Shown here piece by piece: positions 48,185 through 58,832 of a stretch of 64,000 nucleotides of DNA. The first letter of the stretch is position 1; every line of letters begins with the position of its first letter. The position numbers were made by a program, and so were the translations under genes. Source of the stretch: a plasmid; sequence record NZ_CP033968.1, one strand, 5' to 3'. A model generated the notes under the pieces. That model saw only the letters and a program-made list of their open reading frames with translations. It searched no databases and was not told the origin of the DNA.

Positions 48185-49888
48185 ATGCGCATTCAGCGAA
48201 CTTTGTCAAACAAGAAGGGGGCTCTGGCACTGGCCATGTTGGTCGCTGCCCTCGCAGGTTGTGGTGGCGGTGGTGATGGAGCGGAAACGCCCCAGGCCAC
48301 CCCGCAGTCTCCCAGCTCACCGGTGACCGGCACACCGGAAGGCCCAACCACGCCCGTCACGCCGGCCAAGCCCACCAGCCTGGTGGCGCCGTCCTGCCTG
48401 AACTGTGGCGCGGTTGATTCGAATACGTACTCCGGCACCGGCGTCGGGGTGTGGCAGGCAACGAACGCCTCGTTGGCTGCCGCCGATGTGCCCGTGAGCA
48501 TTGATGGCCTTACCGGTCAGGATGTGACGCTTGTCTTCACGAACGAGAGCGGCGTCGCGCAGCCCATGCCTGCCATTTCGCTGACTGCCTCCCGCTTCCC
48601 GTCGGTCGCAGCAAGCCAGCTGCGTTGGCAAGACCCCGCCACCGATGCGAAGCAGCGCATCGGCGAGTTCAACCGAAATGGCTGGGCCGCCCTTGCCGGT
48701 AGCCAAGGCACCGCACCGCGATACTCGATGTCCAGTGGGCCGAGCAAGTCCGTTGTGAATGACACGCGCGACTGGTTCAACGAGGACAATTCCGTCCGAT
48801 CGACCACCCTGGTTCGCCAGGCAACGACGACCGACGGTGTCACGGTGAACTTCTGGGTGGAGAACTCCGAGAATGCCCCGACGAAAGTCAGTTCAGCAAT
48901 CATCGACCAGCTTGTCGACCGCTTCGCTTCGCCCGGCAAGGTCTACGACATGCTGAAGGATGTCGGCGGCCCGCTGTGGGGCTCTCACAGCTATATCAAT
49001 CTCATCCCAGGCACGGGCCAGCCGATCGATATCGTCATTCTGAACTTCGATCGCAACAACGCCCCGTACGGGATGACAGGCTACTTCTATTCGCGAAATG
49101 CCATTGCGAAGAGTGCGTCGAATCCGTACAGCAATGAGTCGTTGTCGCTGTATCTGGACTCGGAAACCCTGTACCTCGACGGCGCCACTGGTCTTACGGA
49201 AGTGGTCATGACGATGGCGCACGAAGGGATGCACGCCCAAAATTTCTATCGCCGTGGCGTTCTGGGCGGCGTGGAGAGTATGTTCGCGACTTGGCTGGAA
49301 GAAGCCACGGCGATGATGATGGAGGATTTCGCCAGCGCTACGCTCGATCCCGGCCACAATCCCATTCGAGACGTTCGCTTCTATGACTACGTCAAGTACA
49401 AGGGCGGAAGCTACAACTGCAGCTTGCTCGACTGGACGCCGTTCAGCGCATCGTGCGATAGCTACTCCGTATCGGGATCGTTCGGCGGCTTCCTGAATCG
49501 CCAACTGGGCTTGCGCATGTTCAAGTCCCTGCTGGGGAACATGAGCTCGACGAACTCGGTCGACGTGCTAGATACCGTCATCAAGACGAATTTCCCCGGC
49601 ACCAGTTTCGTGGGGCAGTTCCGCCGATTCTCGGCAACGGCGGGAGCGCTTATTCCAGCAGCGACGAGCCCCAAGGGCTTTGGTTTCCCGGCTCGCTCCG
49701 ACAACGGGTACAACATTCCGGCCATCGATCCGACGGCCTACGCGCCGTACCGGACGCTGACTCAGACGGTGCCCACCACGCTCCAGGCATATGCGAGCCT
49801 GCCCGTCGTGCGGCAAGCTGCGAAGGGTCGATACACCGAGACGGTTAAAGTACCGGCCGGCACGACTCTTTCCGTTGTGATCCACTAA
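48185..49888 (+). CDS. lipoprotein zinc metalloprotease-like (HExxH)
   Basis: lipobox LAGCGGGG; MAHEGMHAQ HExxH motif. Confidence 0.5.
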   Translation: MRIQRTLSNKKGALALAMLVAALAGCGGGGDGAETPQATPQSPSSPVTGTPEGPTTPVTPAKPTSLVAPSCLNCGAVDSNTYSGTGVGVWQATNASLAAADVPVSIDGLTGQDVTLVFTNESGVAQPMPAISLTASRFPSVAASQLRWQDPATDAKQRIGEFNRNGWAALAGSQGTAPRYSMSSGPSKSVVNDTRDWFNEDNSVRSTTLVRQATTTDGVTVNFWVENSENAPTKVSSAIIDQLVDRFASPGKVYDMLKDVGGPLWGSHSYINLIPGTGQPIDIVILNFDRNNAPYGMTGYFYSRNAIAKSASNPYSNESLSLYLDSETLYLDGATGLTEVVMTMAHEGMHAQNFYRRGVLGGVESMFATWLEEATAMMMEDFASATLDPGHNPIRDVRFYDYVKYKGGSYNCSLLDWTPFSASCDSYSVSGSFGGFLNRQLGLRMFKSLLGNMSSTNSVDVLDTVIKTNFPGTSFVGQFRRFSATAGALIPAATSPKGFGFPARSDNGYNIPAIDPTAYAPYRTLTQTVPTTLQAYASLPVVRQAAKGRYTETVKVPAGTTLSVVIH

Positions 49889-50029
49889 TAGCCGGAAGCC
49901 TTAGCAGCTAGCGACTGGCGTTCAGAAGTCGAAAGGCCCCACGACCTCGCGGTTCGTGGGGCCTTTGTGCTTCAGGGGGGAAGTCTCGGCGCTTCAACGC
50001 GTTCCCCTCGTACCGCGCAAGGAACCACG

Positions 50030-50839
50030 CTATGCCGCTGCGTTCACCACAACGTTCTGCTGGCTCCTGCCACTTCTAATCCGGCGCAGGATGCGCTCCA
50101 GTCCCCGACATACTTTGCCCCAAAGGTATGACCCGACAATCAGTCCCACAATGGAGGCAGTAAGCTCCCTTGGCGTGCCTTCCGCCTTGGGATCGTCGAT
50201 CAACCACTGGTGGAACTCCCAACCTACTCCCAAGCGCAGCCAAAGGAAAATCCCGAGCACGAAAACAAACGCACTTGGTCTGCGCCGCGCAAACCCGATA
50301 ACGTTGCAGTTTGAAATGCCGACAGCAACGATCACCAGTCCGGCCGACGCCGCCGTGATGTAGTCAAGCCAACTGTAAGGCCGAATCGATAGGCCGCAGA
50401 AGGCCAAAACTGCGAGAGTCGCTGCAAGGGAAATGCGGAGTTTGCGACCGAGTCGATACGTGCCGGTGCCAGCGTTTTGATCCGAGCAAAGCAGTACCAA
50501 AGCAGCAATCGACACCAACGCCGCGCACCAGATGCCGAACAGAAGGTGGTCAAGGGTATTCGGAAAAAGCGAATGCCATTGCGTCTCCCAGTTTTGCAGT
50601 GCTGAGACGTACTGACGCACCTCCGTGGAGAACCTCTCTGCCTGAGGTTTCCCAGGAGCCGCCCACCTGTGTGCGGCCACAGCGTACGAGTAGGCTGAGA
50701 CAGCAACTGCATAGGCGAAGTACGTCGAGAAGAGAATCGCGACGTTGGCGATTCTCATCGCGGGAAGCTTGAACCTGATCATCTGTGCAACTGGTTGTTG
50801 GCAAGCTTTGGTTATCCGCGAACGATCCTCGCGGGTCAA
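50030..50839 (-). CDS. hypothetical polytopic membrane protein
   Basis: multiple hydrophobic helices; start uncertain. Confidence 0.35.
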   Translation of the reverse strand: MTREDRSRITKACQQPVAQMIRFKLPAMRIANVAILFSTYFAYAVAVSAYSYAVAAHRWAAPGKPQAERFSTEVRQYVSALQNWETQWHSLFPNTLDHLLFGIWCAALVSIAALVLLCSDQNAGTGTYRLGRKLRISLAATLAVLAFCGLSIRPYSWLDYITAASAGLVIVAVGISNCNVIGFARRRPSAFVFVLGIFLWLRLGVGWEFHQWLIDDPKAEGTPRELTASIVGLIVGSYLWGKVCRGLERILRRIRSGRSQQNVVVNAAA

Positions 50840-51139
50840 GCGACATAGCGCTCACATTCCCTGCAAGGTCGCTTCGGTGGACGCGCTAGCGTCGTCGATG
50901 GGCTTGTTGATGACCTGGCTGATTTCGTATCAATCGGCGACGGCGCTGCCGGCGCAAGGCTATACGCCGCGCTTCCGCCTGCGATGCATGGACACGACAA
51001 CACCGGAACATCCTGTAACGCGGATACTCAAAAAAGGCCTTGAAAACGCTCGTCATCATGGCAATATCACGGGCAGTGTCGCGCCCGGGCAGATCGCCAG
51101 TGCGTTGGCACGCTAAACCTCTAAGACTACGAACCGAAA

Positions 51140-51583
51140 ATGGCTACCAAAGCTAAGACGACTGCCAAGGCCGCTGCGAAGCCGGCCGCCAAGCCCGCGG
51201 CCAAGAAGGCTGCTGTGAAGACCCCTGCGAAGGCAGCACCGAAGGCCGCCGCTGCGGCACCGGTGGTCAAGCCGCTGAAGGAGACGTTCAACAAGTCGAG
51301 TTTGCTTGCCCACCTGATCGCCCAGACTGAACTGGACAAGAAGACCGTGCAGACTGTGCTGGCTCATCTCGAGAACACCATCGTGAGCGCAATCCACAAA
51401 AAGGGCGCTGGCGAGTTCACGTTGCCGGGCCTGTTCAAGGTGGCCGCTATCCAGGTTCCTGCCACGAAAAAGCGTTTCGGGAAGAATCCCTTCACTGGTG
51501 TAGACCAATGGTTCGCCGCCAAGCCGGCATCGGTCAAGGTGAAGGTGCGTCCGCTGAAGAAGCTTAAGGACGCGGCAGCCTAA
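51140..51583 (+). CDS. HU-family DNA-binding protein with N-terminal A/K/P-rich histone H1-like tail
   Basis: N-terminal AAKPAAKKAAVKTPAKAAPK repeats; C-terminal HU fold (…RFGKNPFTGV…VKVKVRPLKKLKDA). Confidence 0.7.
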   Translation: MATKAKTTAKAAAKPAAKPAAKKAAVKTPAKAAPKAAAAAPVVKPLKETFNKSSLLAHLIAQTELDKKTVQTVLAHLENTIVSAIHKKGAGEFTLPGLFKVAAIQVPATKKRFGKNPFTGVDQWFAAKPASVKVKVRPLKKLKDAAA

Positions 51584-51604
51584 TCACAAGCAGCACGTTC
51601 AGAA

Positions 51605-51640
51605 GAGGGCGACCGATGATCGCCCTTTTTCGCTTTTGTG
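51605..51640 (+). terminator. rho-independent terminator after HU gene
   Basis: gagggcgaccgatgatcgccct + ttttcgcttttg. Confidence 0.65.
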
Positions 51641-51675
51641 GAGGCCGTGTTTCCACCAGCCTTTCCAGATTGGCT

Positions 51676-52956
51676 TTAGGAGCCAGGGGCTCCGAACATC
51701 TTGCGCACCATCAGTCCGACGCCGTCGGCAGCTTCCAACCGGATCATCTGCTGCCCGCCTTCCCCCCAGGATCTCACACGCCGTTCGGTAGTATCGACGA
51801 CATCAACAACCCGCCCCCTGAGCACTTCCCGTAGCACGCTGGCGCGACAGTAGATTGTCGCTCCCCACCAACTGCCGTCCGGCTGGACCACAACCTGCGG
51901 CGGGCCCGCGTAGACAACGTCAGGTTCGGATTGATCATCCCATCCCAGTAGGGCACGGCGATCGCGCAGCTCCAGTACGACGCGACGGGCTGATGGTCGT
52001 GGCTGGGTGAAAAGGAGATTGAGCGAAAAGCCGTCCCAGAATCGGCTCGCGAGAATGGACTCCGTCAGCGGCATGTCGAGCAGTCGGCAAGTGTGGCGCA
52101 GGCTGGCACGCTGGATGCCCCGCCAGTCCATCTCTGGGGCGTGCTGATCCAGCGGTTGATTGCCGCCGGCCGCGTTCGGGCCCACTCCGCCGCCGGGCGA
52201 CGATGCGGTAGCAGGAGTCACGGCCGGTAGCCCGCTCGGAAACACCCCGTGTACCAGGGTGGACCGGAACCGCTTCTTTCCTGCGGGTCCGGGCAGCTCA
52301 CTGGAAACGAGCGTTCCCTCCGTGGGCGCAACGTTTCCCCCACCTGGCAGGGTGAGAACCTGATGGCGGTTGGACCAGACTTGCCGTTCCCAGTCCTTTT
52401 GTACATCCAAATCAGTCGTCGTCGCTCGCGAGCCCTTTGACTCGGCGAGGCACACGGCCGCCGGCGTGGTCGCGGTTGCGGCGCGGAAGAACACGAAGTC
52501 GGGATGCGCTGACGTTGTCTGCCCCCCGCAGTCCTCCCAGTGCGCCATCCATGGGTAGCCGGCGTGGTCCATCTGGAGCAGGGCTAGCCCCGCACCCAGG
52601 GTCCCCGACAGGAATGGCTTCACGTAATCCTTGAGGCGGGAGTACGCTGGCGTCACCGAATAGCCGTGGCCATCCCAGGCACACACGGACAATGCTGCCT
52701 CCGCGGTAGCTCGCACGGTCTCCTGTCCGGACCCGCCCAGCGTGAGCCCGAGCTTGCTGGCTCTCTGCATAGTCAGATAGAGCCACCAGATGTTGACGTG
52801 TGCCCCGGAGGCCGGCGGCGTCTTCTTCTGCCAGGTCAGGTTTGGCGTCGACGAGAGCAGGCGAAACTCTTTGTGGATGGGGACAGTGGGCATAAAAAGG
52901 CGATCGGCCGTGCAGCGGAACGGCCATTGTCCCCGAAGTCCCAGCGGGCTAGCCAC
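51676..52956 (-). CDS. hypothetical protein (426 aa)
   Basis: long ORF only; GC-rich so partly uncertain. Confidence 0.35.
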   Translation of the reverse strand: MASPLGLRGQWPFRCTADRLFMPTVPIHKEFRLLSSTPNLTWQKKTPPASGAHVNIWWLYLTMQRASKLGLTLGGSGQETVRATAEAALSVCAWDGHGYSVTPAYSRLKDYVKPFLSGTLGAGLALLQMDHAGYPWMAHWEDCGGQTTSAHPDFVFFRAATATTPAAVCLAESKGSRATTTDLDVQKDWERQVWSNRHQVLTLPGGGNVAPTEGTLVSSELPGPAGKKRFRSTLVHGVFPSGLPAVTPATASSPGGGVGPNAAGGNQPLDQHAPEMDWRGIQRASLRHTCRLLDMPLTESILASRFWDGFSLNLLFTQPRPSARRVVLELRDRRALLGWDDQSEPDVVYAGPPQVVVQPDGSWWGATIYCRASVLREVLRGRVVDVVDTTERRVRSWGEGGQQMIRLEAADGVGLMVRKMFGAPGS

Positions 52957-53531
52957 CCAGCCCGTGCAGGGCCCGGTAACGCCTCTGGCAGATCTGGCCC
53001 AGCTTGCTCCGCCGCGAACGTCGACTTTTTACGGTCGCAGAAGCTAGGAAAACGCCCCCGATCTGCGTCGCGCGTCGCCGTGACAATGAAGGCTCCTAAA
53101 GCAGCGGAGCAAATATGCCCCTCCCACCTGAAGTCCAGATGTTCGTGAACATTGCCCGAGAACGCGATCGCGCGGATCTTCTCTTCCCGTCGGTCGACGT
53201 GCCCGGCCCGCTAGGTTCGCTGATCCGTCAGCCAAATCCTGCGGCAGTGCGCGCACGGGAGATGAAAAACCTGACTGACGAGGAGTATGCGGTGCGGCTC
53301 GGGCTCCTGCCCTGACTGGTTGCGTCGGGCGAACTCTCAGGGTACCGCCGCGCTGTTCCGTGCCCTCTATTTATATATAGGGGGGTGAAACCGCCCAGGG
53401 GCGCACACCTGACGGCGTGCGCGCGGGGTTTACTACGTCCGCTCGCATTTTGACTTTTGGGTCCGGGCGCGGCACGATCAATGCACTCGGTCGGGCCTAT
53501 CCGGCCGACGCAACATACAAGGCTACACAAT

Positions 53532-53879
53532 ATGGTTAATCCGATTTACCCACACACATCGCTGGACGCGATGCAACTCATCACCTTCAAGTACGCCAAC
53601 GGCTTCAGCATGATGGCCGAGCTGCTGCCCAAGCCTCGGGTCGCCGGTGCCACGATCACGCAGGTCGATGTCGAGATCACCAGCGCCCGTTGGTCCAACG
53701 TCGTTCAGCACTCGCTGCCGACGCTGGTGCAGGCCGGCACCCAGGCGCTCCTCGACGCCCAGACGGATGCCGCGCAGAGCACGACCCACATCGCCGAGAT
53801 CCGCATCACGGGCGAGGAATTCCTCACCAAGCACGACATGCTGCAGATCTCGGGCAACCTGCCGGTGACAGTCGTCTGA
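53532..53879 (+). CDS. hypothetical protein (116 aa)
   Basis: ATG at M26 of track ORF; terminator hairpin downstream (53901-53930). Confidence 0.4.
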   Translation: MVNPIYPHTSLDAMQLITFKYANGFSMMAELLPKPRVAGATITQVDVEITSARWSNVVQHSLPTLVQAGTQALLDAQTDAAQSTTHIAEIRITGEEFLTKHDMLQISGNLPVTVV

Positions 53880-54326
53880 CGCGGGCCACGCTCTACTGGG
53901 AAGAAGCCGGCGCCAGCCGGCTTTTTCTTTGCCGGCGCCGCATGCCGGGGGCACTGCGCTCATACCGGCCCCAACCTGGCGGCTACGCGGGAACCGCTAG
54001 CAGCCCCATGCGCTGGCCGTTCTTCTTGTTACGTGCCCATAAGTTGGCCGTCGCCAAAAAAATGCCACATAAAGCACTTTCGCTTGATTGTGGTGCTTTC
54101 CGCCTGTGCATGATAACCGTACTTAGCAAAGCAAAAAAATGCGCGCTCTGCTGTACTCGAATGAAGCCTGCGGCCGCCGCCGGAGAAACCGACTTGACTG
54201 GAAGGTCCTCTAGACTGAAGGGTGGCGAAGCCGCACGTATGGCCGTGACTCGCTGGGCACGTGGAGGATCGTCGTAGGAAACTTGGACGCGATGGGGGCC
54301 TCGCAACCCGCGCTTCAGGTGCGGTG

Positions 54327-54396
54327 GAAAGGGAACAGGAGTAGCGATATGCCCTCTCCAATTGCAAGCTTTTCGGCTTATCAGCTATCGAGCAGC
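54327..54396. repeat. ~70-bp imperfect direct repeat copy 1 (orphan)
   Basis: ~85% identical to 55240-55310. Confidence 0.5.
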
Positions 54397-55239
54397 TCCT
54401 TTGGATCAAGTCCCAGATGGTACGCGTCGGGCTGACCTACGAGCACCTACTGGCGGCGCGCTGTTTCGCGGCGCCAGATGTGGCCGGGCCCAGCGCTCCG
54501 AGGGGAATCCTGTTCCGGGACGCCACTGGCCATGTCTGGAATGGCTGTGGCACCATGCCGGATCGGATGCAGCGTGCTATCGATGCGGGCCAGTCGATCG
54601 AACATTTCCGAGTCGAGCAACGGAAGTAGTGCGGGTCGCAGCAGTTCGCCAGACCGAGCACTGGGAATCTCGCTATCCCCGTCCCTTTCACACGTACTTA
54701 GGCAATTGCAGGGGGCGGGGCAGATATCCATCAGATGATGGCTGCGACGTCAACTAGTTCATCGACCAGCATATCGCCTTCGGTCTCCACGGCAAAGGTC
54801 GCATCAAGGATCTCTGCGCTATCGTTCGCGTCGAACATATTTGCCACAGCTTCCTCACCCTTGGGTGGAGTTCAGGCCGCCGACATTTTTGAGTACATTC
54901 CCTGAATCCATAGCCTCCACAACTAGATCGCGCCTTCCAGTCGCCATAGCATTCTTCAGCATTTGTAGCGCCCGGAATTGCTGGTTCCACCTTGCCCCAA
55001 CAAAGTAGTAGGACATTCCAGCGCCATCGCCGAATACGGCAATAAGCGGTCCGTTCTGGCCGCCTTCAGTAAAGATTTTAAGCATCGGCATGTCATGGCC
55101 ACGCCAGTGGCGTCTAAGGGATCGACCTACTGACCATGAACTGTCGGCGTCGGAGGAGTCATTATCAACATATGAAGCCATGCTCGCGTTCGACGCTCAC
55201 CACGCTAGGTGCCTCGTCAACTAGCACGTCAGGTGCGAT

Positions 55240-55310
55240 GAAAAGGGAACCGGAGAAGCGATACGCCTCTCCTGTTAGCAAGTCTTTTGGTTTATCAGTT
55301 ATCGAGCAGC
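55240..55310. repeat. ~70-bp imperfect direct repeat copy 2 (3' end + terminator hairpin of DUF4148 gene)
   Basis: ggagaagcgatacgcctctcc hairpin; overlaps last codons of gene 55299..55580. Confidence 0.5.
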
Positions 55311-55580
55311 GCCGGGTTCGTCATGCTTGTCAAACGCGGGATTGGCACCGTCTTTGGAGTGCATCGAGGCAGCGTGATCGGCCTTTTGCTGCTTGACCGT
55401 CTGCTCGCTGGGTGGGTACTCGCCGTTCTTCTTGGTGTAAGTGCCGTCGTGCTTGGACTTGGCCAACTCCTTCTTGACCTCCGCTCGGCTGCGACCTTGT
55501 GTGGAATCGCTGGTGCCTTGCGCAAAGGCTGGCAAGGCGATGGTGGTCGATAGAACGATGGCAAATGCGATACCTTTCAT
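55299..55580 (-). CDS. DUF4148-like small secreted protein
   Basis: signal peptide MKGIAFAIVLSTTIALPAFA; SRAEVKKELAKSKHDG motif typical of Burkholderiales DUF4148 proteins. Confidence 0.5.
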   Translation of the reverse strand: MKGIAFAIVLSTTIALPAFAQGTSDSTQGRSRAEVKKELAKSKHDGTYTKKNGEYPPSEQTVKQQKADHAASMHSKDGANPAFDKHDEPGAAR

Positions 55581-55856
55581 TTGACTGACTCCTGCTCCGG
55601 CTGATGCCGAATATCTGCCATTAAGGGATTGAACCGACTATCCGACCTGCGACAGTCGTCGGTTCGTTTATAGCGATCCAAGGCTGCTGCCTCGTTGAAT
55701 GTTGATTACAAGTTGGTAATGTTGATAGCGAGCCGTCTGTCATTCGAATGCGCTAAAGTTCAAACGTGACAGGTTGAATGGCGATGCAATCAATGTGTCA
55801 CGTAGCCGCCATATTTGTGATCCATCCTCTCTGCTCCAATCAGGGAGGAAGTCACA

Positions 55857-57311
55857 ATGAGAAGAATTTCGGCAGTTGTGCCGGCTGTAGTGTCAATCGC
55901 GCTCGCTGCATGTGGCGGCGATGGCTCCAATAACGGCGAATCACCGGTCACGCCGACGTCGCCTCCGCAGACGGCGGTACCGACAAAGAACGTGGTCTTC
56001 TTTCTCGGCGATGGTATGGGGCTGACGACACTGACCGCGGCGCGCATCTACAAGGTGGGTGAGGAAGGCGACCTGACCATCGACACGATGCCGGAAAGCG
56101 GGTTTATCCGCACGTATTCGAACGATGCCCAGGTCACGGACAGCGCGCCGTCGATGGCAGCGTACATGACCGGCGTGAAGATGAATAACGAGGTCATCTC
56201 GATGACCGCGGAAACCCGCGCCACCGATGCCAGCGGCAAGGCCTACGTCTCGGGCGCCGATACCACGTGCCCGTCCAGCGGCAACGGCGCCACCGTGCCG
56301 ACGCTGCTCGAACAGATGAAGGCTGCCGGCTACGGCACCGGCGTGGTGACCACCACGCGCATCACGCACGCCACGCCGGCTGCCACGTACGCGCACATTT
56401 GCCACCGCGACGGCGAAAACGCAATCGCCGCGCAACTGGTGCCGTCGGGTGCTGGCTTCAACGGCGCATTGTCCGATGGCGTCGACGTGATCTTTGGCGG
56501 CGGCCGCCAGCACTTCCTGGCCACCACCGCAGGCGGCAAGCGCACCGATGGCCGCGATCTGGTCACCGAGCTGAAGACCGCCGGCTACACCTATGCCGCC
56601 AGCAAGGCCGATTTCGACAAGATCGCCGCCAGCAATGCCAAGGTGCTGGGCCTGTTCAACGCCAGCCACATGGAATACGACCTGGACCGCGATCCGGCCA
56701 AGGAGCCGAGCCTGGCCGAGATGACCGGCAAGGCCATCGACGTGCTGGCCGCCAAGAAGAAGGGCTTCTTCCTGATGGTGGAAGGCGGCCGTATCGACCA
56801 CGCGCTGCACGAAACCACGGCCCGCAAGGCGCTGCAGGACACCGCCGCGTTCGACGACGCGCTCAAGGCCGCCATCGACAAGCTCAACGTGATCGACCCG
56901 GGCCTGAAGAACACGCTGATCGTCGTCACCGCCGACCACGACCACACGCTGGTGCTGAACGGCTACGCCAAGCGTACCGGCAAGACCAGCGACGCCAACC
57001 CCGGCGTGCTGGGCCTGGTGAAGGACTACGTCACCGGCTCCCTGAAGCTCGATAGCGGCGGCAACCCGTTCTCGATCATCGGTTTCGGCAACGGCGAAAA
57101 CCGCCCGGCCACGCGCACCGCGCTGACCGACGCCATGGTCTACGAGAAGACCTACCACCAGGAAGCGGTGATCCCGATGCCGGTCGGCGGCGAAACGCAC
57201 GGCGGCACGGACGTGTTCATCGGTGCGATGGGCAATGGCGCCACCAACTTCTCGGGTGTGATGGACAACACCGAGGTCTTCGGCCTGATCAAGAAGTCGA
57301 TCGGACTCTGA
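55857..57311 (+). CDS. phoA: alkaline phosphatase (PhoA family) lipoprotein
   Basis: lipobox IALAACGG; FFLGDGMG, TDSAPSMAAYMTGVK, VTADHDHT motifs. Confidence 0.85.
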   Translation: MRRISAVVPAVVSIALAACGGDGSNNGESPVTPTSPPQTAVPTKNVVFFLGDGMGLTTLTAARIYKVGEEGDLTIDTMPESGFIRTYSNDAQVTDSAPSMAAYMTGVKMNNEVISMTAETRATDASGKAYVSGADTTCPSSGNGATVPTLLEQMKAAGYGTGVVTTTRITHATPAATYAHICHRDGENAIAAQLVPSGAGFNGALSDGVDVIFGGGRQHFLATTAGGKRTDGRDLVTELKTAGYTYAASKADFDKIAASNAKVLGLFNASHMEYDLDRDPAKEPSLAEMTGKAIDVLAAKKKGFFLMVEGGRIDHALHETTARKALQDTAAFDDALKAAIDKLNVIDPGLKNTLIVVTADHDHTLVLNGYAKRTGKTSDANPGVLGLVKDYVTGSLKLDSGGNPFSIIGFGNGENRPATRTALTDAMVYEKTYHQEAVIPMPVGGETHGGTDVFIGAMGNGATNFSGVMDNTEVFGLIKKSIGL

Positions 57312-57341
57312 GCCCCCACACACCAGAACGGAACAACGACC

Positions 57342-58742
57342 ATGAATATCACTACCCGTATCGGCCTGCTGGCCGCCGCAGCCGCCAGCGCATGCCTGTC
57401 CCTGCCGGCGCACGCCGCCGGCGAGGCCAAGAACGTCATCTTCTTCCTGGGCGATGGCATGGGCCCGGCCACCGTCACCGCGTCGCGCATCTACAAGTAC
57501 GGCGAATCGGGCCGTCTGACGATGGAATCGCTGCGTCGCACCGCGCGCATCAAGACGTTCTCGAACGACGCACAAACCACCGACAGCGCCCCGTCGATGG
57601 CCGCCTACATGACCGGCGTGAAGATGAACAACGAGGTCATCTCGATGTCGGCCAACACGGTGGCCACCGCCCCGAGCGCCGACGCCAACGGCAACCGCAC
57701 CATCAGCAACTGCACGCCGACCAACGGCACGGCCGTGCCGACGCTGCTGGAACTGGCCAAGGCCAAGGGCAAGGCCACTGGCGCGATCACCACGACGGAG
57801 CTGACCCACGCCACGCCCGCCGCCACGTACTCCCATATCTGCCACCGCGACGCGCAGTACCACATCGCGGCCCAGGCGGTGCCGGGCGGCGTGGGCTTCA
57901 ACACGGCGCTGGGCGACGGCGTGGATGTACTGATGGGCGGCGGCCGCAACCACTGGACGCCATACGATGCCACCACCAACACGCGTGGCCGCTTCGATGG
58001 CCGCAACCTGCTGACCGAAATGGCCGGCCAGGGCTACACGGTGGCGGCAACGCGCGACGAGATGGTTCGCGCCACCGGCACCAAGCTGATCGGCCTGTTC
58101 AGCTCGACGAGTCATCTCGAGTACGAGATCGATCGTGTCGCAGGCCGGGGCCAGGGCGCCACGCAGCCGAGCCTGGCCGACATGACGGCCAAGGCCATCG
58201 AGATGTTGTCGAAGAACAGCAACGGCTACTTCCTGATGGTGGAAGGCGGGCGTATCGACCACGCGCTGCACGGCACCAACGCCAAGCGCGCACTGGAAGA
58301 CACCATCGCCTTCGATGACGCCATCAAGCGCGCGTTGTCGCTGGTGGACCTGTCGAACACGATCATCGTGGTCACGGCCGACCACGACCACACGATGACG
58401 ATCAACGGCTATTCGCATCGTGGCAACCCGATCCTGGCAACCGCCACGGATTACAAGACCAAGCAGACCGCCAAGGCCGCCGACGGCCTGCCGTACACGA
58501 CGCTGGTGTTCGGCAACGGCGGCACGCCGCGCAAGGCCACGCGCGACGATCCCACGCTGGTCGACACCACCGCCAATGACTACCTGCAGGAAGTGGGCGT
58601 GAACCTGGGTAGCCCGGGCGCGGAAACGCACGGCGGCGGCGACGTCATGCTGTTCTCGACCGGCCCCGGCAGCGCACCGCTGAAGGGCACGCTCGACAAC
58701 ACCAAGGTGTTCGGCGTGGTGAAGTCGGCGGCGGGCCTGTAA
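57342..58742 (+). CDS. phoA: alkaline phosphatase (PhoA family), tandem paralog
   Basis: signal peptide; same catalytic motifs (FFLGDGMG, TDSAPSMAAYMTGVK, VTADHDHT). Confidence 0.85.
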   Translation: MNITTRIGLLAAAAASACLSLPAHAAGEAKNVIFFLGDGMGPATVTASRIYKYGESGRLTMESLRRTARIKTFSNDAQTTDSAPSMAAYMTGVKMNNEVISMSANTVATAPSADANGNRTISNCTPTNGTAVPTLLELAKAKGKATGAITTTELTHATPAATYSHICHRDAQYHIAAQAVPGGVGFNTALGDGVDVLMGGGRNHWTPYDATTNTRGRFDGRNLLTEMAGQGYTVAATRDEMVRATGTKLIGLFSSTSHLEYEIDRVAGRGQGATQPSLADMTAKAIEMLSKNSNGYFLMVEGGRIDHALHGTNAKRALEDTIAFDDAIKRALSLVDLSNTIIVVTADHDHTMTINGYSHRGNPILATATDYKTKQTAKAADGLPYTTLVFGNGGTPRKATRDDPTLVDTTANDYLQEVGVNLGSPGAETHGGGDVMLFSTGPGSAPLKGTLDNTKVFGVVKSAAGL

Positions 58743-58832
58743 GCCAGGGTTCCTCGCTACGGATGCGCGCGCATCGGATACCCCGGTGCGCGCGCATCGT
58801 CGTTTCAATGTCTCTACGGTATTCGTTATCCC

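Noticed and set aside
54362-54757. 131-aa plus ORF and several ~80-aa ORFs in the 54.3-54.8 kb junction region
   Set aside because: Arg/Gly-rich translations without SD or homology signals; region better explained as degenerate junction DNA containing the direct repeat
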